Below are positions 1 to 9,633 of a stretch of 64,000 nt of DNA, piece by piece. Each line of letters starts with the position of its first letter. The first letter of the stretch is position 1. Made by a program: the position numbers and the translations under genes. The stretch comes from Synechococcales cyanobacterium VAR_4_metabat_354 (GTDB lineage: Bacteria; Cyanobacteriota; Cyanobacteriia; Cyanobacteriales; Chamaesiphonaceae). The notes under the pieces are model-generated. The model did no database searches, was not told the origin of the DNA, and saw only the letters and a program-made list of their open reading frames with translations. The DNA is taken from the NCBI GenBank assembly GCA_031414775.1, contig JANOQI010000042.1, forward strand, positions 46,574-110,573, read 5' to 3'.

Positions 1-118
1 ATAAAAGATGCCTGATTGAAAAGAATATATGGAGAGCCGCTAGCAACAACAGAAGAACTAGTTCCCGTATTTTATGAACAGTAGGAAACAGTTCTAGTTC
101 TCCTTCAACTACACTAAC

Positions 119-475
119 TCAACTCAACTCTGCTTTGATGGCAATGACAGCTTTTTTGATATCTAGCATCAATAAACCTTGCTTAGCAGCTTTGCTGGCC
201 AAAACGAGAAACATTGCATCTTCGCCACAGCCGATCAAAATGCCATAACCAGTATCGCCTTCTACCATGATGCGATCGACATTACCGCGAGCTAGTTCTT
301 TACCAATGCGTTCACCCAAGGACAGCATCGCTGCCGACATCGCCGAAGTGCGGTCTTCATCCATACCCACCGGCAAAGAAGAAGCCAAAGGTAATCCATC
401 TGGAGATACTAAAGCTGCACCTTGGACATCAGCAGTACCCGAAACGAATTCTTGTAAAATGTTTCCAATTGACAT
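119..475 (-). CDS. Roadblock/LC7 (MglB-like) domain protein
   Basis: 118 aa; VQGAALVSPDGLPLAS...DRTSAMSAAMLSLGER...GLLMLDIK is the roadblock/LC7 pattern. Confidence 0.9.
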   Translation of the reverse strand: MSIGNILQEFVSGTADVQGAALVSPDGLPLASSLPVGMDEDRTSAMSAAMLSLGERIGKELARGNVDRIMVEGDTGYGILIGCGEDAMFLVLASKAAKQGLLMLDIKKAVIAIKAELS

Positions 476-675
476 GATTTCCTCAATTTAGTTGTTTTGT
501 GTTGATGGTGATTGATTTACATGATTAGCACCAGCCAAACCGAAGCTCTTAGCTAAGGACTTAGGTAATTTGGATTTCAGAATATTTATACATAAAGCTC
601 CCAATGTATAATAATATCAGCATCACTACCATCCATTTGATTAGCTAAGACAACAAAAAATCATTAGTATTGCAT

Positions 676-1101
676 TTATTGATTGCAAAAAAGTAGTTCG
701 ATCGGCAAGTTATCGGGATCGGTAATAAAAGCTACTTCGTACGTCTTGTTGCCAATTTGTTGCTGATGCGGGGCGAGTAAGATTTGGGGTTCGATCGAGA
801 ATTCTTGTTGTTCCGATAGTCGTGATTTCCAGTTGACTAGCCAGCTAGTAAGATTAGCAGCTTGATTTGTGATGTCTAAGGCTAGATGGTAGTAGCCCAC
901 ATAATGTTCATTATGAAAAGAATCTGGGGCCGGGTGAGGTTCAGGAATCTGAATCAGTTCCAGGCGGGACTGCTGACCCGTGAGCCAACAGGCCAAGGTA
1001 TAGCCTGTGGTGAACCGCTCACTGATCTCAAAGCCGAGAGAGGAGTAGAAAGTGATCGATCGATGAATATTGGCCGTCCGAATAGAAATATGGTGTAACA
1101 T
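676..1101 (-). CDS. VOC/glyoxalase family protein
   Basis: Start reassigned to ATG at 1101 (MLHHISIRT); VOC motifs HxSI, YHLAL, FITDPDNLPIEL. Confidence 0.85.
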   Translation of the reverse strand: MLHHISIRTANIHRSITFYSSLGFEISERFTTGYTLACWLTGQQSRLELIQIPEPHPAPDSFHNEHYVGYYHLALDITNQAANLTSWLVNWKSRLSEQQEFSIEPQILLAPHQQQIGNKTYEVAFITDPDNLPIELLFCNQ

Positions 1102-1118
1102 TGCTCTCCAACCTCGGT

Positions 1119-1616
1119 CTAAATCCGAAAATAAGGATATTGAAGAGGAATACCTGGCTTGGCATCTAAATCGAAATTGATTACTGCCCAACAAGGTTCA
1201 TCAGCAGCCTCTGGACTAAAAAACACCGGCAGATTATACAGCAGCGGCAAATTAGATTCACTGATCAGCCCAGGCATTCCTTTCTCCAAATAGCTGCTAA
1301 TTAACTCCTGATAGCGATGAGCAATAATCACCCGGGTTGCTTGGTAGCCCTTGATATAGAGCTTATCGAGAGCATCATGAATCTCGAAACGGATGCCATC
1401 AGGATGAGTATGCTGCCGGTACCACTCACTTTCCCATAGCTGCCAATGGCGGCCAGATTGGAGGTGGATGATTTCACGAGTATCGGGATCAGACTCAAAA
1501 GCCCCATGCCGAGGGCACAGGTAAGTGTCAGTCAGAGTCAAGGCTGGAATGACTTGGTGACAGTGAGGACAGGTGATTTCCGCCCCGAATATTGGATATT
1601 GGAAGGCTAAATTCAT
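1119..1616 (-). CDS. Conserved cyanobacterial Zn-ribbon protein (TIGR02652-like)
   Basis: QYPIFGAEITCPHC...ALTLTDTYLCPRHGAFE...WYRQHTHPDGIRFEIH recognised from memory of this family. Confidence 0.75.
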   Translation of the reverse strand: MNLAFQYPIFGAEITCPHCHQVIPALTLTDTYLCPRHGAFESDPDTREIIHLQSGRHWQLWESEWYRQHTHPDGIRFEIHDALDKLYIKGYQATRVIIAHRYQELISSYLEKGMPGLISESNLPLLYNLPVFFSPEAADEPCWAVINFDLDAKPGIPLQYPYFRI

Positions 1617-2120
1617 ATGAGATAATCAGTCAGATGGCTAATAGTAAGAACCCAATTTACTCCTAAAATGTTCTCTTGATGCCACTATCCTACACCCATT
1701 AATTCAGTCTAGAGCAGGAGTTAGTACTTAATCATTATCTGCCACTTACTAAAATCTAACATGCTATCTTTTACAATTTTTTGGGCATCTTGAGCATAGT
1801 CGAGGAATATAACTTCACCGACTCGTCCTCAATTTGCGATGGGTTCTGGCTCTACCACCTCCATCAATTACTGATGTGCAGGGTAAAGGCGATAGCTTTG
1901 CTTCTTCTTTACGCACCAAGCTCTGATTTTATCGCAGCGTAGCAGGAGGCGATAGTCTCCAAAAGTTAAATATTTTTATAGTTGCCATAAAATGATTTTA
2001 CAAAAATAGTTGTTATGTTAGTTCTGTAATTTTAGTCAGGGTCAGAAAAAATTCAGTTGATCTTGCTGCCTAGTCAGCAAATGTCCTGATCGTCATTATC
2101 AGTATTTTAGGAGTAGAACA

Positions 2121-3128
2121 ATGGACGATAACAAACAGCAAATAGTTCACTATTTTATTGAGGAAGCCCAAGAACATTTGGATGTTGTGGAACAGGGTTT
2201 GCTAGATTTGGGCGAAGTTATTAAAGATGCCGATCGAGTCAATGAAATGTTTCGGGCCGCGCACTCCGTCAAAGGCGGTGCCGCCATGCTGGGCTTTGAG
2301 AGTATCCAAAAAACTGCTCACGAACTAGAAGACTGCTTTAAGGTGATGCGTGATCACTCAGTACCTGTCGATCAGCAATTAGAAACTATGTTCCTGAAAG
2401 GCTACGATACCTTAAAAGAGTTAGTCGGTGAGCTGGCCAATTCACCCACTCTCACCCTCCGCCCCGAAATCGTTGATCCCATTGTGCAGGGTTCCCGCGC
2501 CAACTTTATTGAACTCAAAGAGTATTTGAACGACTTACTGAGTATGGCTACAGTTAGTCCTGATTCTATGCCAGCCTTCCAACCAGCGGCGGCTGTTGCT
2601 ACGGTTGTCAGTAGTGCTCCCACCGCTGTCATCGCTCCACCTGTCAACATCACAGCGAAGGTCATGGAAAATCTCCGCGCGATGTTGGGAGCTTTTAAAC
2701 AGGGTGAAGCCAATGCTCCCCGCCACCAAATTTGTAGCTACAGCCAAAATTTATCGGCTTTTGGTCAAGATACAGCTAGCTGGCAAAATGTTTTAAGGAT
2801 TGCCAATCAAGCTATCAACAATGCGACCAACACTTATGAATCACTAGCTCCAGTCGTCATCAAAGACCTCAAACTGGCTGGCGATTTGTTGGCTGTCGGG
2901 CGAGGATCTGAAATATTGCCAAGTCCGGCACTTCAAGAATTAGCTTTGGCCTCAGCGCCAGTCGTAAAAACAGTCGTGCCCTCTCCACCAGCGGCACCAG
3001 CTCAAATCTCGATTCCTTTAGATTCACGGGCGGCTGCTCAAGCAATTCTCCGCAGCTTCAACCGTCAGCAAGTCACTGAATTGGTTGTGCTATTACACCG
3101 TGCTATTAATATTCCTAAGCAAAACTAG
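2121..3128 (+). CDS. Stand-alone Hpt domain protein (CheA P1-like N-terminus)
   Basis: FIEEAQEHL...[15 protein letters not shown]pt motif; no HATPase or CheW domain; 3' end overlaps the convergent hisA. Confidence 0.85.
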   Translation: MDDNKQQIVHYFIEEAQEHLDVVEQGLLDLGEVIKDADRVNEMFRAAHSVKGGAAMLGFESIQKTAHELEDCFKVMRDHSVPVDQQLETMFLKGYDTLKELVGELANSPTLTLRPEIVDPIVQGSRANFIELKEYLNDLLSMATVSPDSMPAFQPAAAVATVVSSAPTAVIAPPVNITAKVMENLRAMLGAFKQGEANAPRHQICSYSQNLSAFGQDTASWQNVLRIANQAINNATNTYESLAPVVIKDLKLAGDLLAVGRGSEILPSPALQELALASAPVVKTVVPSPPAAPAQISIPLDSRAAAQAILRSFNRQQVTELVVLLHRAINIPKQN

Positions 3129-3885
3129 AGGAACTAGGTGGAACATCTTGCCACCGACCAGGCCCAACTGCTTGCAAAGCATCAGTGAGAGTTATGGCAC
3201 TGGTATAAAGGGCTTTGCCTACAATTACTCCCGTGACTCCATCCGATTCAAGTACCAACAAGTTTAGTAAATCACGTAGACAGCCTACTCCTCCAGAAGC
3301 AATGACTGGCACGGTAGTGCTGGCTGCTACGGCTTTTAGCGCCTCTAGGTTTGGTCCGATCAATGTACCATCCCGCTGGATATCTGTATAAATGATTGCT
3401 GCTGCGCCCCAATCTGCCATTTGTTGTGCCAGGTCAGTGGCGGCAATTTTGGAAGTTTCTAGCCATCCTCTGGTGGCTATTTGGCCATCCCGCGCATCCA
3501 TGCCGATCACAATTTGACCGGGATATTGCTGGCAGAGTTCTTGTACTAATTGGGGCTGTTCGATCGCAATGGTGCCCACAATCGCACGTTCTACTCCCAA
3601 ATCTAGTAATGCCTTGATCGCGTCGCCATGCCGTAGACCACCACCCACTTGGATGCTCATCTGGCTGACGGCTCTGACAATTTGGCTAATCACTGCCAAG
3701 TTCTCCGGCTGACCCGATTTAGCCCCGTCTAGATCGACTAGATGTAGTTTGGTCGCACCTTGTTCTTGCCATTTTTGAGCAACGGCTACCGGATTCTCAT
3801 CGAAGATTTGAGACTGGTCATAGTCACCTTGATAGAGCCGAACACAGTTACCACCGAGGAGATCGATCGCTGGAAAAATATCCAT
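3115..3885 (-). CDS. hisA: ProFAR isomerase (histidine biosynthesis)
   Basis: [51 protein letters not shown]. Confidence 0.97.
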   Translation of the reverse strand: MDIFPAIDLLGGNCVRLYQGDYDQSQIFDENPVAVAQKWQEQGATKLHLVDLDGAKSGQPENLAVISQIVRAVSQMSIQVGGGLRHGDAIKALLDLGVERAIVGTIAIEQPQLVQELCQQYPGQIVIGMDARDGQIATRGWLETSKIAATDLAQQMADWGAAAIIYTDIQRDGTLIGPNLEALKAVAASTTVPVIASGGVGCLRDLLNLLVLESDGVTGVIVGKALYTSAITLTDALQAVGPGRWQDVPPSSSSFA

Positions 3886-3939
3886 AGCATCAGGGGAGAA
3901 ATTACCTTGCTATTTTATGCTTAATGAGTCTGTGGATTT

Positions 3940-4401
3940 TCACTTTTTGGAATCACTGCTAGCTTCTTTCAGTAAACGATTGATATGACGAGCACTCACC
4001 GCAATACCTAGTTCGGACTCCAGATGTTTCCGTAATAATTCACCGGTCCAGTGAGGAAAGTCATAGCCAAACTGCTGAGGAGCAGTAGCCGCAACCTCTA
4101 TTAATCGCTGTAGATATTGGTTGTTGACAGTTTTAGGTCTGCCGATCGGCTGCTCTTGCCAAAGATGAGATTGGTTGGTTTTCAGCATCATCATCCAATG
4201 TCTAGCTGTTAGTGGTGAGCAACCAATTAGACGACAGATTTGAGTTTGAGTATGCCCCAGATCTGCTAACAGCATAATGTCAATCCGCTGCCGGTATTCT
4301 GGAGATAAGCTTTCCTCTAAGCTTTCTTCTAATAGCTGACGTTGGAGAGTATTTAGATACTGACTTGGTGGTGGGGTGGAAAGCTGCTGTTTGATTGTCA
4401 T
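3940..4401 (-). CDS. Helix-turn-helix protein resembling the IS630 transposase N-terminal DNA-binding region, without a DDE domain
   Basis: RIDIMLLAD-G...LGCS..TARHW, GRPK, P..FGY...WT...L..HL..E.GI.VS..HINRLLK; stops at 153 aa. Confidence 0.75.
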   Translation of the reverse strand: MTIKQQLSTPPPSQYLNTLQRQLLEESLEESLSPEYRQRIDIMLLADLGHTQTQICRLIGCSPLTARHWMMMLKTNQSHLWQEQPIGRPKTVNNQYLQRLIEVAATAPQQFGYDFPHWTGELLRKHLESELGIAVSARHINRLLKEASSDSKK

Positions 4402-4952
4402 AAAAAACCTTTTGAATTGCCAAAGTTATTGCTTAAATTAAAATCTCATCTAGATAGAAAATCACATATGATCGAAGTCTTGATTTCTTGAGACTTCATT
4501 CCCCAAAGTAGCCACCTACTAAGAATTCTGACTCAATGACCAAGCATTAGAGATCCGCTAAATGTATGATCTTCATCAGTCAATTGAATGATTCATACTA
4601 CAAAAAACATTTTCAGCTACTCTAAATAGTGTTTCTACTGATGTGATTTATTTAATTTACTTGAGGAAATGATCAGTGGATGCTCGTTGATAATAGCTAA
4701 TAACTATTAAATTGAAAAATCTTTTTAAGTATAAACTTCAGTATAAAAATAATTTATTTCATGCCTAATAAAGATTGTAAATAGTCGAAATTTAGAAGAT
4801 TGTGAGAGTCTTCAAATAGTGCTAACTGCTGCCTTTAAAATAACCTTTGACTGTCATAATTATAGAGTCTGTAGCTAATAACTATCTATCGAAAAAATTA
4901 AATAATTTAAAATCACAATTGTTTGCAAAGCAGCTTTGTATTTAAAAACAAA

Positions 4953-4991
4953 ACAGTCAACAGTGGTATACGTACTTTCCCTGTTGACTGT
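4953..4991 (-). terminator. Hairpin downstream of the lpxB-like gene (probable terminator)
   Basis: 11-bp inverted repeat ACAGTCAACAG/CTGTTGACTGT, followed on the minus strand by a T-rich run. Confidence 0.55.
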
Positions 4992-5042
4992 CTTGTATAT
5001 GTTCGTAGTGGTGATTATAAAGTGCGGCGGTGGCCGAGAAAC

Positions 5043-6269
5043 TCATAACATTTGTTGAACAATGGTAACAATTTTGGCTGCTGCTCCAGTTGTCCCCCGT
5101 GTTTGGGCTAAATCTGTTTGAATTTGGGCTAATTTTTCGGGATGCTCTAATAAGTCAATCACTAGTGTGGCTACTTCTGACACGGTAATTTTTCCCACTA
5201 ACTCCGGCACAATTTCCCGACCAGCCCAAATATTTGGCCAAGCAAACTTGCGGCCATTGAGCTGCTGAAAAGTGATCCAGTTAATTAATTTACTAACGGG
5301 AGTACCAATTCCTGGTAATCGTGCCACTATTCCTGGTAATCCATCCCAACTGCGCATCGCATCTAGTTGGTAGGTAGGCAGTAATACAATCATGGGAATG
5401 CCCAAAGCGGCTAACTCTGCTGTATTAGCACCGATTGTTGTTAGACATAGAGTACATTGACTAAGGATGTTGTAAGCCGGGAATTCTTGATGGAGAGCAA
5501 CTGTGAGACCCTGCGCGGTCTGGAGATAGGGCTGCTCACTGGCAACTAAGGTCGCGGTAGTTCCTTGCACCACTTCGACCACCGGATTTTTGGACAAGTC
5601 GGCAAACTGGGCTAGGTATTCGATCGAGATGGCCGGAGCTACTGGAATAATAAATTCGGTATCTGGTCGGGCTTGTTTGACGGCTTCAGCGATCGCCAGA
5701 CAAAATGGCAATCCCATTTGCAGTTTTTGGGCTTTAGAACCAGGTAATAAACCGATAAGCGTATTGGGACGGGGCGATAATGCTGTTAAGGTTTGCCCAG
5801 TCTCTAGCATTAAATCACCGACCACTGTGGCTTTGTGTTGATAGTCGGTGGGAATTGTGGCTAATACCTGATCGTTCATCACTGCAAACCGATCGACATA
5901 TTTTGGCCAGCGGGCAGCTAATTCGCCATAGATCAGAGTTTTATAACCCAGCCTTTTGCCAATCAAAACTGGAAATATCTGATCGCCACCCAAAAAAATC
6001 ACGATTCCTTGCTGCTGCCAATCCCAGGCATCGGCAGTTTTGCCCCACAGCAAAAAATTCCAGAAATGCTCGGCAGATTGAGACCGATCAACACCAGGAT
6101 AAGACAGCGCAATTTCGGCCTCTCGTCCACCAGCATTCGCATCAGGCGATAAAACCACCGAGATGCGGGCAGCATTCGCATCAAACTTAGCCCGCAGAGC
6201 TTCTACCACCGGACGTACCCAGGTGGCAATCTCACCGGGGGCATTGGAAAGAATCAGAATATCGAGCAT
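5043..6269 (-). CDS. Lipid-A-disaccharide synthase (LpxB)-related glycosyltransferase
   Basis: SNAPGE, IGLLPGSK, GANTAELA, PNIWAGREIVPEL; GT-B/LpxB-like motifs. Confidence 0.8.
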   Translation of the reverse strand: MLDILILSNAPGEIATWVRPVVEALRAKFDANAARISVVLSPDANAGGREAEIALSYPGVDRSQSAEHFWNFLLWGKTADAWDWQQQGIVIFLGGDQIFPVLIGKRLGYKTLIYGELAARWPKYVDRFAVMNDQVLATIPTDYQHKATVVGDLMLETGQTLTALSPRPNTLIGLLPGSKAQKLQMGLPFCLAIAEAVKQARPDTEFIIPVAPAISIEYLAQFADLSKNPVVEVVQGTTATLVASEQPYLQTAQGLTVALHQEFPAYNILSQCTLCLTTIGANTAELAALGIPMIVLLPTYQLDAMRSWDGLPGIVARLPGIGTPVSKLINWITFQQLNGRKFAWPNIWAGREIVPELVGKITVSEVATLVIDLLEHPEKLAQIQTDLAQTRGTTGAAAKIVTIVQQML

Positions 6270-6284
6270 GAAGGCCGGATGGGA

Positions 6285-7202
6285 TTAGAGATCGATCGGA
6301 TACACCCAATCTTGGTATTCTTGATGCTGGCCTTGAGTAATGGCGACCAACTCCTGCTGAAGCTTTTTGGTAATTGGGCCGGGAGACTGAGGCACTGTAT
6401 AGTTTTCGATCCGGCTCACTGGCGAAATTTTAGCCGCCGTCCCGCACAAGAAAATTTCATCGGCAATGAACAGCTCCGACTTATCGATCGGTCTTTCGAC
6501 TACTTCAATACCCAGCTGCTTGGCCACGACCATGATGCTATCGCGGGTAATACCTTCCAGGATGTCTTGATCGGCACCAGGGGTAAAGAGCTTACCATTG
6601 CGTACCATGAAAATATTCATCCCGGTCGCCTCGGCGACTTTGCCCTGGGAATTTAACAAGATAGCTTCATCAAACCCCGAGGCATAGGCTTCGGTCTTAG
6701 CCAAAGAAGATGTGATGTAAGCGCCGCTGATTTTGCCGCGCAGTGGCAAACTAATATCTTCTTGACGATGCCAAGAACTCATTCGACAACTGATGCCACC
6801 GGGTTTGGCTAAGTATTCGCCCAGCGCTAGGCCATAGATAAAGAAATTTTGGGCAATATCGTGGAGGCGCGGGGCAATGCCCAGTCCCGATGAATAGATA
6901 AAAGGCCGAATATAGAAAGGCTTGCTGGGCTTATTGTGTTTTACAAACTCGGTAATATTAGCCTGAATTTTATCTGCTGGCAGATCGTAATGCATATATC
7001 TAGCGCTATTACTAAGCCGCTGACAGTGTCGATCGAGCCGAAACAAAATGGCTTTATGGGGGTTGGCTTCATCTACATAACCACGTAGACCACCAAAGGC
7101 TCCTGTACCATAATGCAGTGCATGGGTGGCGATCGAAACGTTGGCTTCTTTAAAAGGTATAAATTTGCCTTCAAAATAGGCGATCGGTAAAAATTCTTCC
7201 AT
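6285..7202 (-). CDS. ilvE: Branched-chain amino acid aminotransferase
   Basis: ATHALHYGTGAFGG, FRLDRH..RL, K..G.Y, EA.G.NIF, LEGITR, GTAA class IV PLP motifs. Confidence 0.92.
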   Translation of the reverse strand: MEEFLPIAYFEGKFIPFKEANVSIATHALHYGTGAFGGLRGYVDEANPHKAILFRLDRHCQRLSNSARYMHYDLPADKIQANITEFVKHNKPSKPFYIRPFIYSSGLGIAPRLHDIAQNFFIYGLALGEYLAKPGGISCRMSSWHRQEDISLPLRGKISGAYITSSLAKTEAYASGFDEAILLNSQGKVAEATGMNIFMVRNGKLFTPGADQDILEGITRDSIMVVAKQLGIEVVERPIDKSELFIADEIFLCGTAAKISPVSRIENYTVPQSPGPITKKLQQELVAITQGQHQEYQDWVYPIDL

Positions 7203-7304
7203 AGGTCTGTAGTGAAATAAAACAGTTTGCCATCCCAGAGGCTACATCTTAGCAGAAAAACCGAAGTGGTTTTGGCGTAAATAGCCGGGCGATCGAAACT
7301 ATAT

Positions 7305-8450
7305 TCACTTTGTTTCCACTAAGATAACAGCTGGCAATTGGCATTCGGCGATTGATTCGAGCTTGGCTCTTTGATGAAATGATTCAATAGACATCAGACT
7401 ATTTGAGGCGGCATCCCACAAGATAAACTTAGAACATCGTAGGATATCCCCGATTCGCAATGTCTTTACTTGGGAGAGCAAGTGGATATTTTGATGGTGA
7501 CAGGCTGCCAGATGATAATTAGGAATTCTTTCTGATAGATGGTGAATATTGTGGTAACCAATATCGGCAGCAAACCATTGAAAAATAGCTGGTAGCTCTA
7601 GATAACTACTACCTTCAATAGCGCCCTTGAGATAATCCCACCCTGCTGTTTGATGCGCGTATGATCCTTCAAAATTATGCTGTACAAAAAAGACCAGAAT
7701 AAAGATAGCTGCTGAAAAAGTCAGAGTAATGGAGTAAATACTCAAGAAAAATCCTGCTCCTAGCAAATGGCTAAAAAAGATCCAGCTGCCAATTACGCAA
7801 ATATTGTTGAAAAGTAAATCCCAAAACTCCGCCTTCGTATACCAATTTCGAGACTTGTAAGAAGAGAAGATTTCTGAAAAACTCATTCCAGAATCTTTTT
7901 TTAAGCAAGTGAAGGCATGGCCAATTAAACCATATGTTCCCATGAGCAGAGCCAACCTGGGCTTGATTGCTAGATAGAAAAATCCGCCCGGAATAGACAT
8001 AAAGGGGTGCCGTAGTAATTCATAATGCTTTTGACTAGCGGGACTAAGTTTGGCGAATTCCGCAGTAGAAGACAATCCCGATGGCCCACGATACTGCTCC
8101 CAATCACCATTGGTTTTGTGATGATAAGCATGGCCTCGTGACCAGGGATATTGCGGAATGGCATTGATCACACCTAGTAGAAAACCAAAGATTCGGTTGA
8201 CTTTTTTGGAGCTGAAAAGTGAATAGTGTCCGCAATCATGCATCAAAGAAAAACAACGTACCGAAAAGAGAGTCATCAGTACCATAATGGGCGGTAGCAA
8301 CCAAAGAGAAATAGAAACTGATTTAACTGCTAAAAACCATAGTAGTAAATAAGGAATAACCGTATTTAGGATTTGATAAGTTGCTTGGAAGTCGTTGCTC
8401 TTCATGTAGGGCTTGAGCACAAAGTCCGACTTTTTAATCACATTTTCCAT
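7305..8450 (-). CDS. Membrane fatty acid desaturase
   Basis: Three His boxes HDCGH, HAYHH, HNIHH, plus QH motif and hydrophobic segments. Confidence 0.9.
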   Translation of the reverse strand: MENVIKKSDFVLKPYMKSNDFQATYQILNTVIPYLLLWFLAVKSVSISLWLLPPIMVLMTLFSVRCFSLMHDCGHYSLFSSKKVNRIFGFLLGVINAIPQYPWSRGHAYHHKTNGDWEQYRGPSGLSSTAEFAKLSPASQKHYELLRHPFMSIPGGFFYLAIKPRLALLMGTYGLIGHAFTCLKKDSGMSFSEIFSSYKSRNWYTKAEFWDLLFNNICVIGSWIFFSHLLGAGFFLSIYSITLTFSAAIFILVFFVQHNFEGSYAHQTAGWDYLKGAIEGSSYLELPAIFQWFAADIGYHNIHHLSERIPNYHLAACHHQNIHLLSQVKTLRIGDILRCSKFILWDAASNSLMSIESFHQRAKLESIAECQLPAVILVETK

Positions 8451-8553
8451 TCAGTAAAACACTCTGGTAAACAACTGTATTGGGATATGGTCTAGCTAGG
8501 GAGCAACTGTCGATTGTCGATCGACAGCATTCCAGGTCATTAATTTACTTAAT

Positions 8554-9018
8554 TTACAAATTAATATTCCCCATTTTTTGTCCAAAGCAAGTGTTGGGCA
8601 TAAATTCATCCCATCGATCGCACACTTGTTGGTAGCATTCCGGCGGTGTAATTGCTAAGTTCTGGAGCCAAAGCACTTCCACTGACTGGCCAGATTGCAT
8701 TAGCAGCATCATCTCTCGCTGAGGATGATATTGGGCAATGGTTTCTACCAGTTGTGAACTTTCCATAGCCGATATTCCTAAGGACTGGAGACGGGCTAAG
8801 AGAGATTGCCCGCGTATAAACTGAGTGGTGAATTTCCAGGAATGGAACCGGAGTTCAGTATCTTGAGCTGGTGGTTCAATCTGACACAATAGTAAGCCCC
8901 AGCCTTGATGCTCGAATCCTGACCAAGCAAAATATCCGAGCACGGGAAAGTTGTCACGGATAAATGCGGCTGGCCAAGGCGTGAAATTTTTCAACTGCGG
9001 CTGGTCACGAGGAAACAT
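8554..9018 (-). CDS. Hypothetical protein (first long ORF downstream of the cobalamin riboswitch)
   Basis: 154-aa ORF with strong AGGAGG Shine-Dalgarno just upstream of the ATG. Confidence 0.75.
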   Translation of the reverse strand: MFPRDQPQLKNFTPWPAAFIRDNFPVLGYFAWSGFEHQGWGLLLCQIEPPAQDTELRFHSWKFTTQFIRGQSLLARLQSLGISAMESSQLVETIAQYHPQREMMLLMQSGQSVEVLWLQNLAITPPECYQQVCDRWDEFMPNTCFGQKMGNINL

Positions 9019-9447
9019 GTTGCGCCTCCTGAAGCCAAACTTTTGCGACTACCTGACTTTTGCTAATTCGGAGATGTCCCAAGATTTGGATGGCAATAGA
9101 CATTAGTATTGATCGTCACTTCTTGCTGTAGGTCTGGTCGTTAACGAGAGAAAATGCTTGCTGGACAAATGGTCAATTTCATAAAACTGTCATAGCGATC
9201 TGTACCAACTAGAACTTCCCGATATGCACATGACAATATCGATCATTTAGTTAATCCGTTCAATCAACTTAATCATTAATAAGAATGTTGATCCAAATTG
9301 AGAGTTCCCCATTCTGGAAAGATTTTTGGGAGCCTGATCATGACATTGCCCACCAAGAAATTAACCAGCTGGATATTTTAAATCGAAAAAACTTTACTCT
9401 AAACACAATCTGTACCTCGCAGATATGGAAGTGTAATTAAATTGGCT

Positions 9448-9563
9448 GATCGGCGGGCATTCTGACTTAGAGGTATATACCTCATCACAGTTGCGGGACA
9501 GCGGCAGACTGGTACTGCTCTTTCCCCATTACTTTTAACGGCTGAATTTCGTTAAAACCGATC
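9448..9563 (-). promoter_or_regulatory. Cobalamin (B12) riboswitch
   Basis: Minus strand reads GATCGGTTTTAACG...CGTTAAAAGTAATGGGGAAAGAGCAGTACCAGTCTGCCGCTGTCCCGCAACTGTGATGAGGTATATACCTCTAAGTCAGAATGCCCGCCGATC. It has GGGAA, CCCGCAACTGT, the B12 box AGTCAGAATGCCCGCC and a closing GATCGG/CCGATC stem. Confidence 0.92.
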
Positions 9564-9633
9564 TGGCGATTAACAATAGCATGATTTTGGACTAAGTACC
9601 TAAAAATCTAAGTTGCTACTTGCTCGATCGGCC

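Noticed and set aside
4870..4886. GTAGCTAATAACTAC as an NtcA site
   Set aside because: Spacing is GTA-N9-TAC, not GTA-N8-TAC
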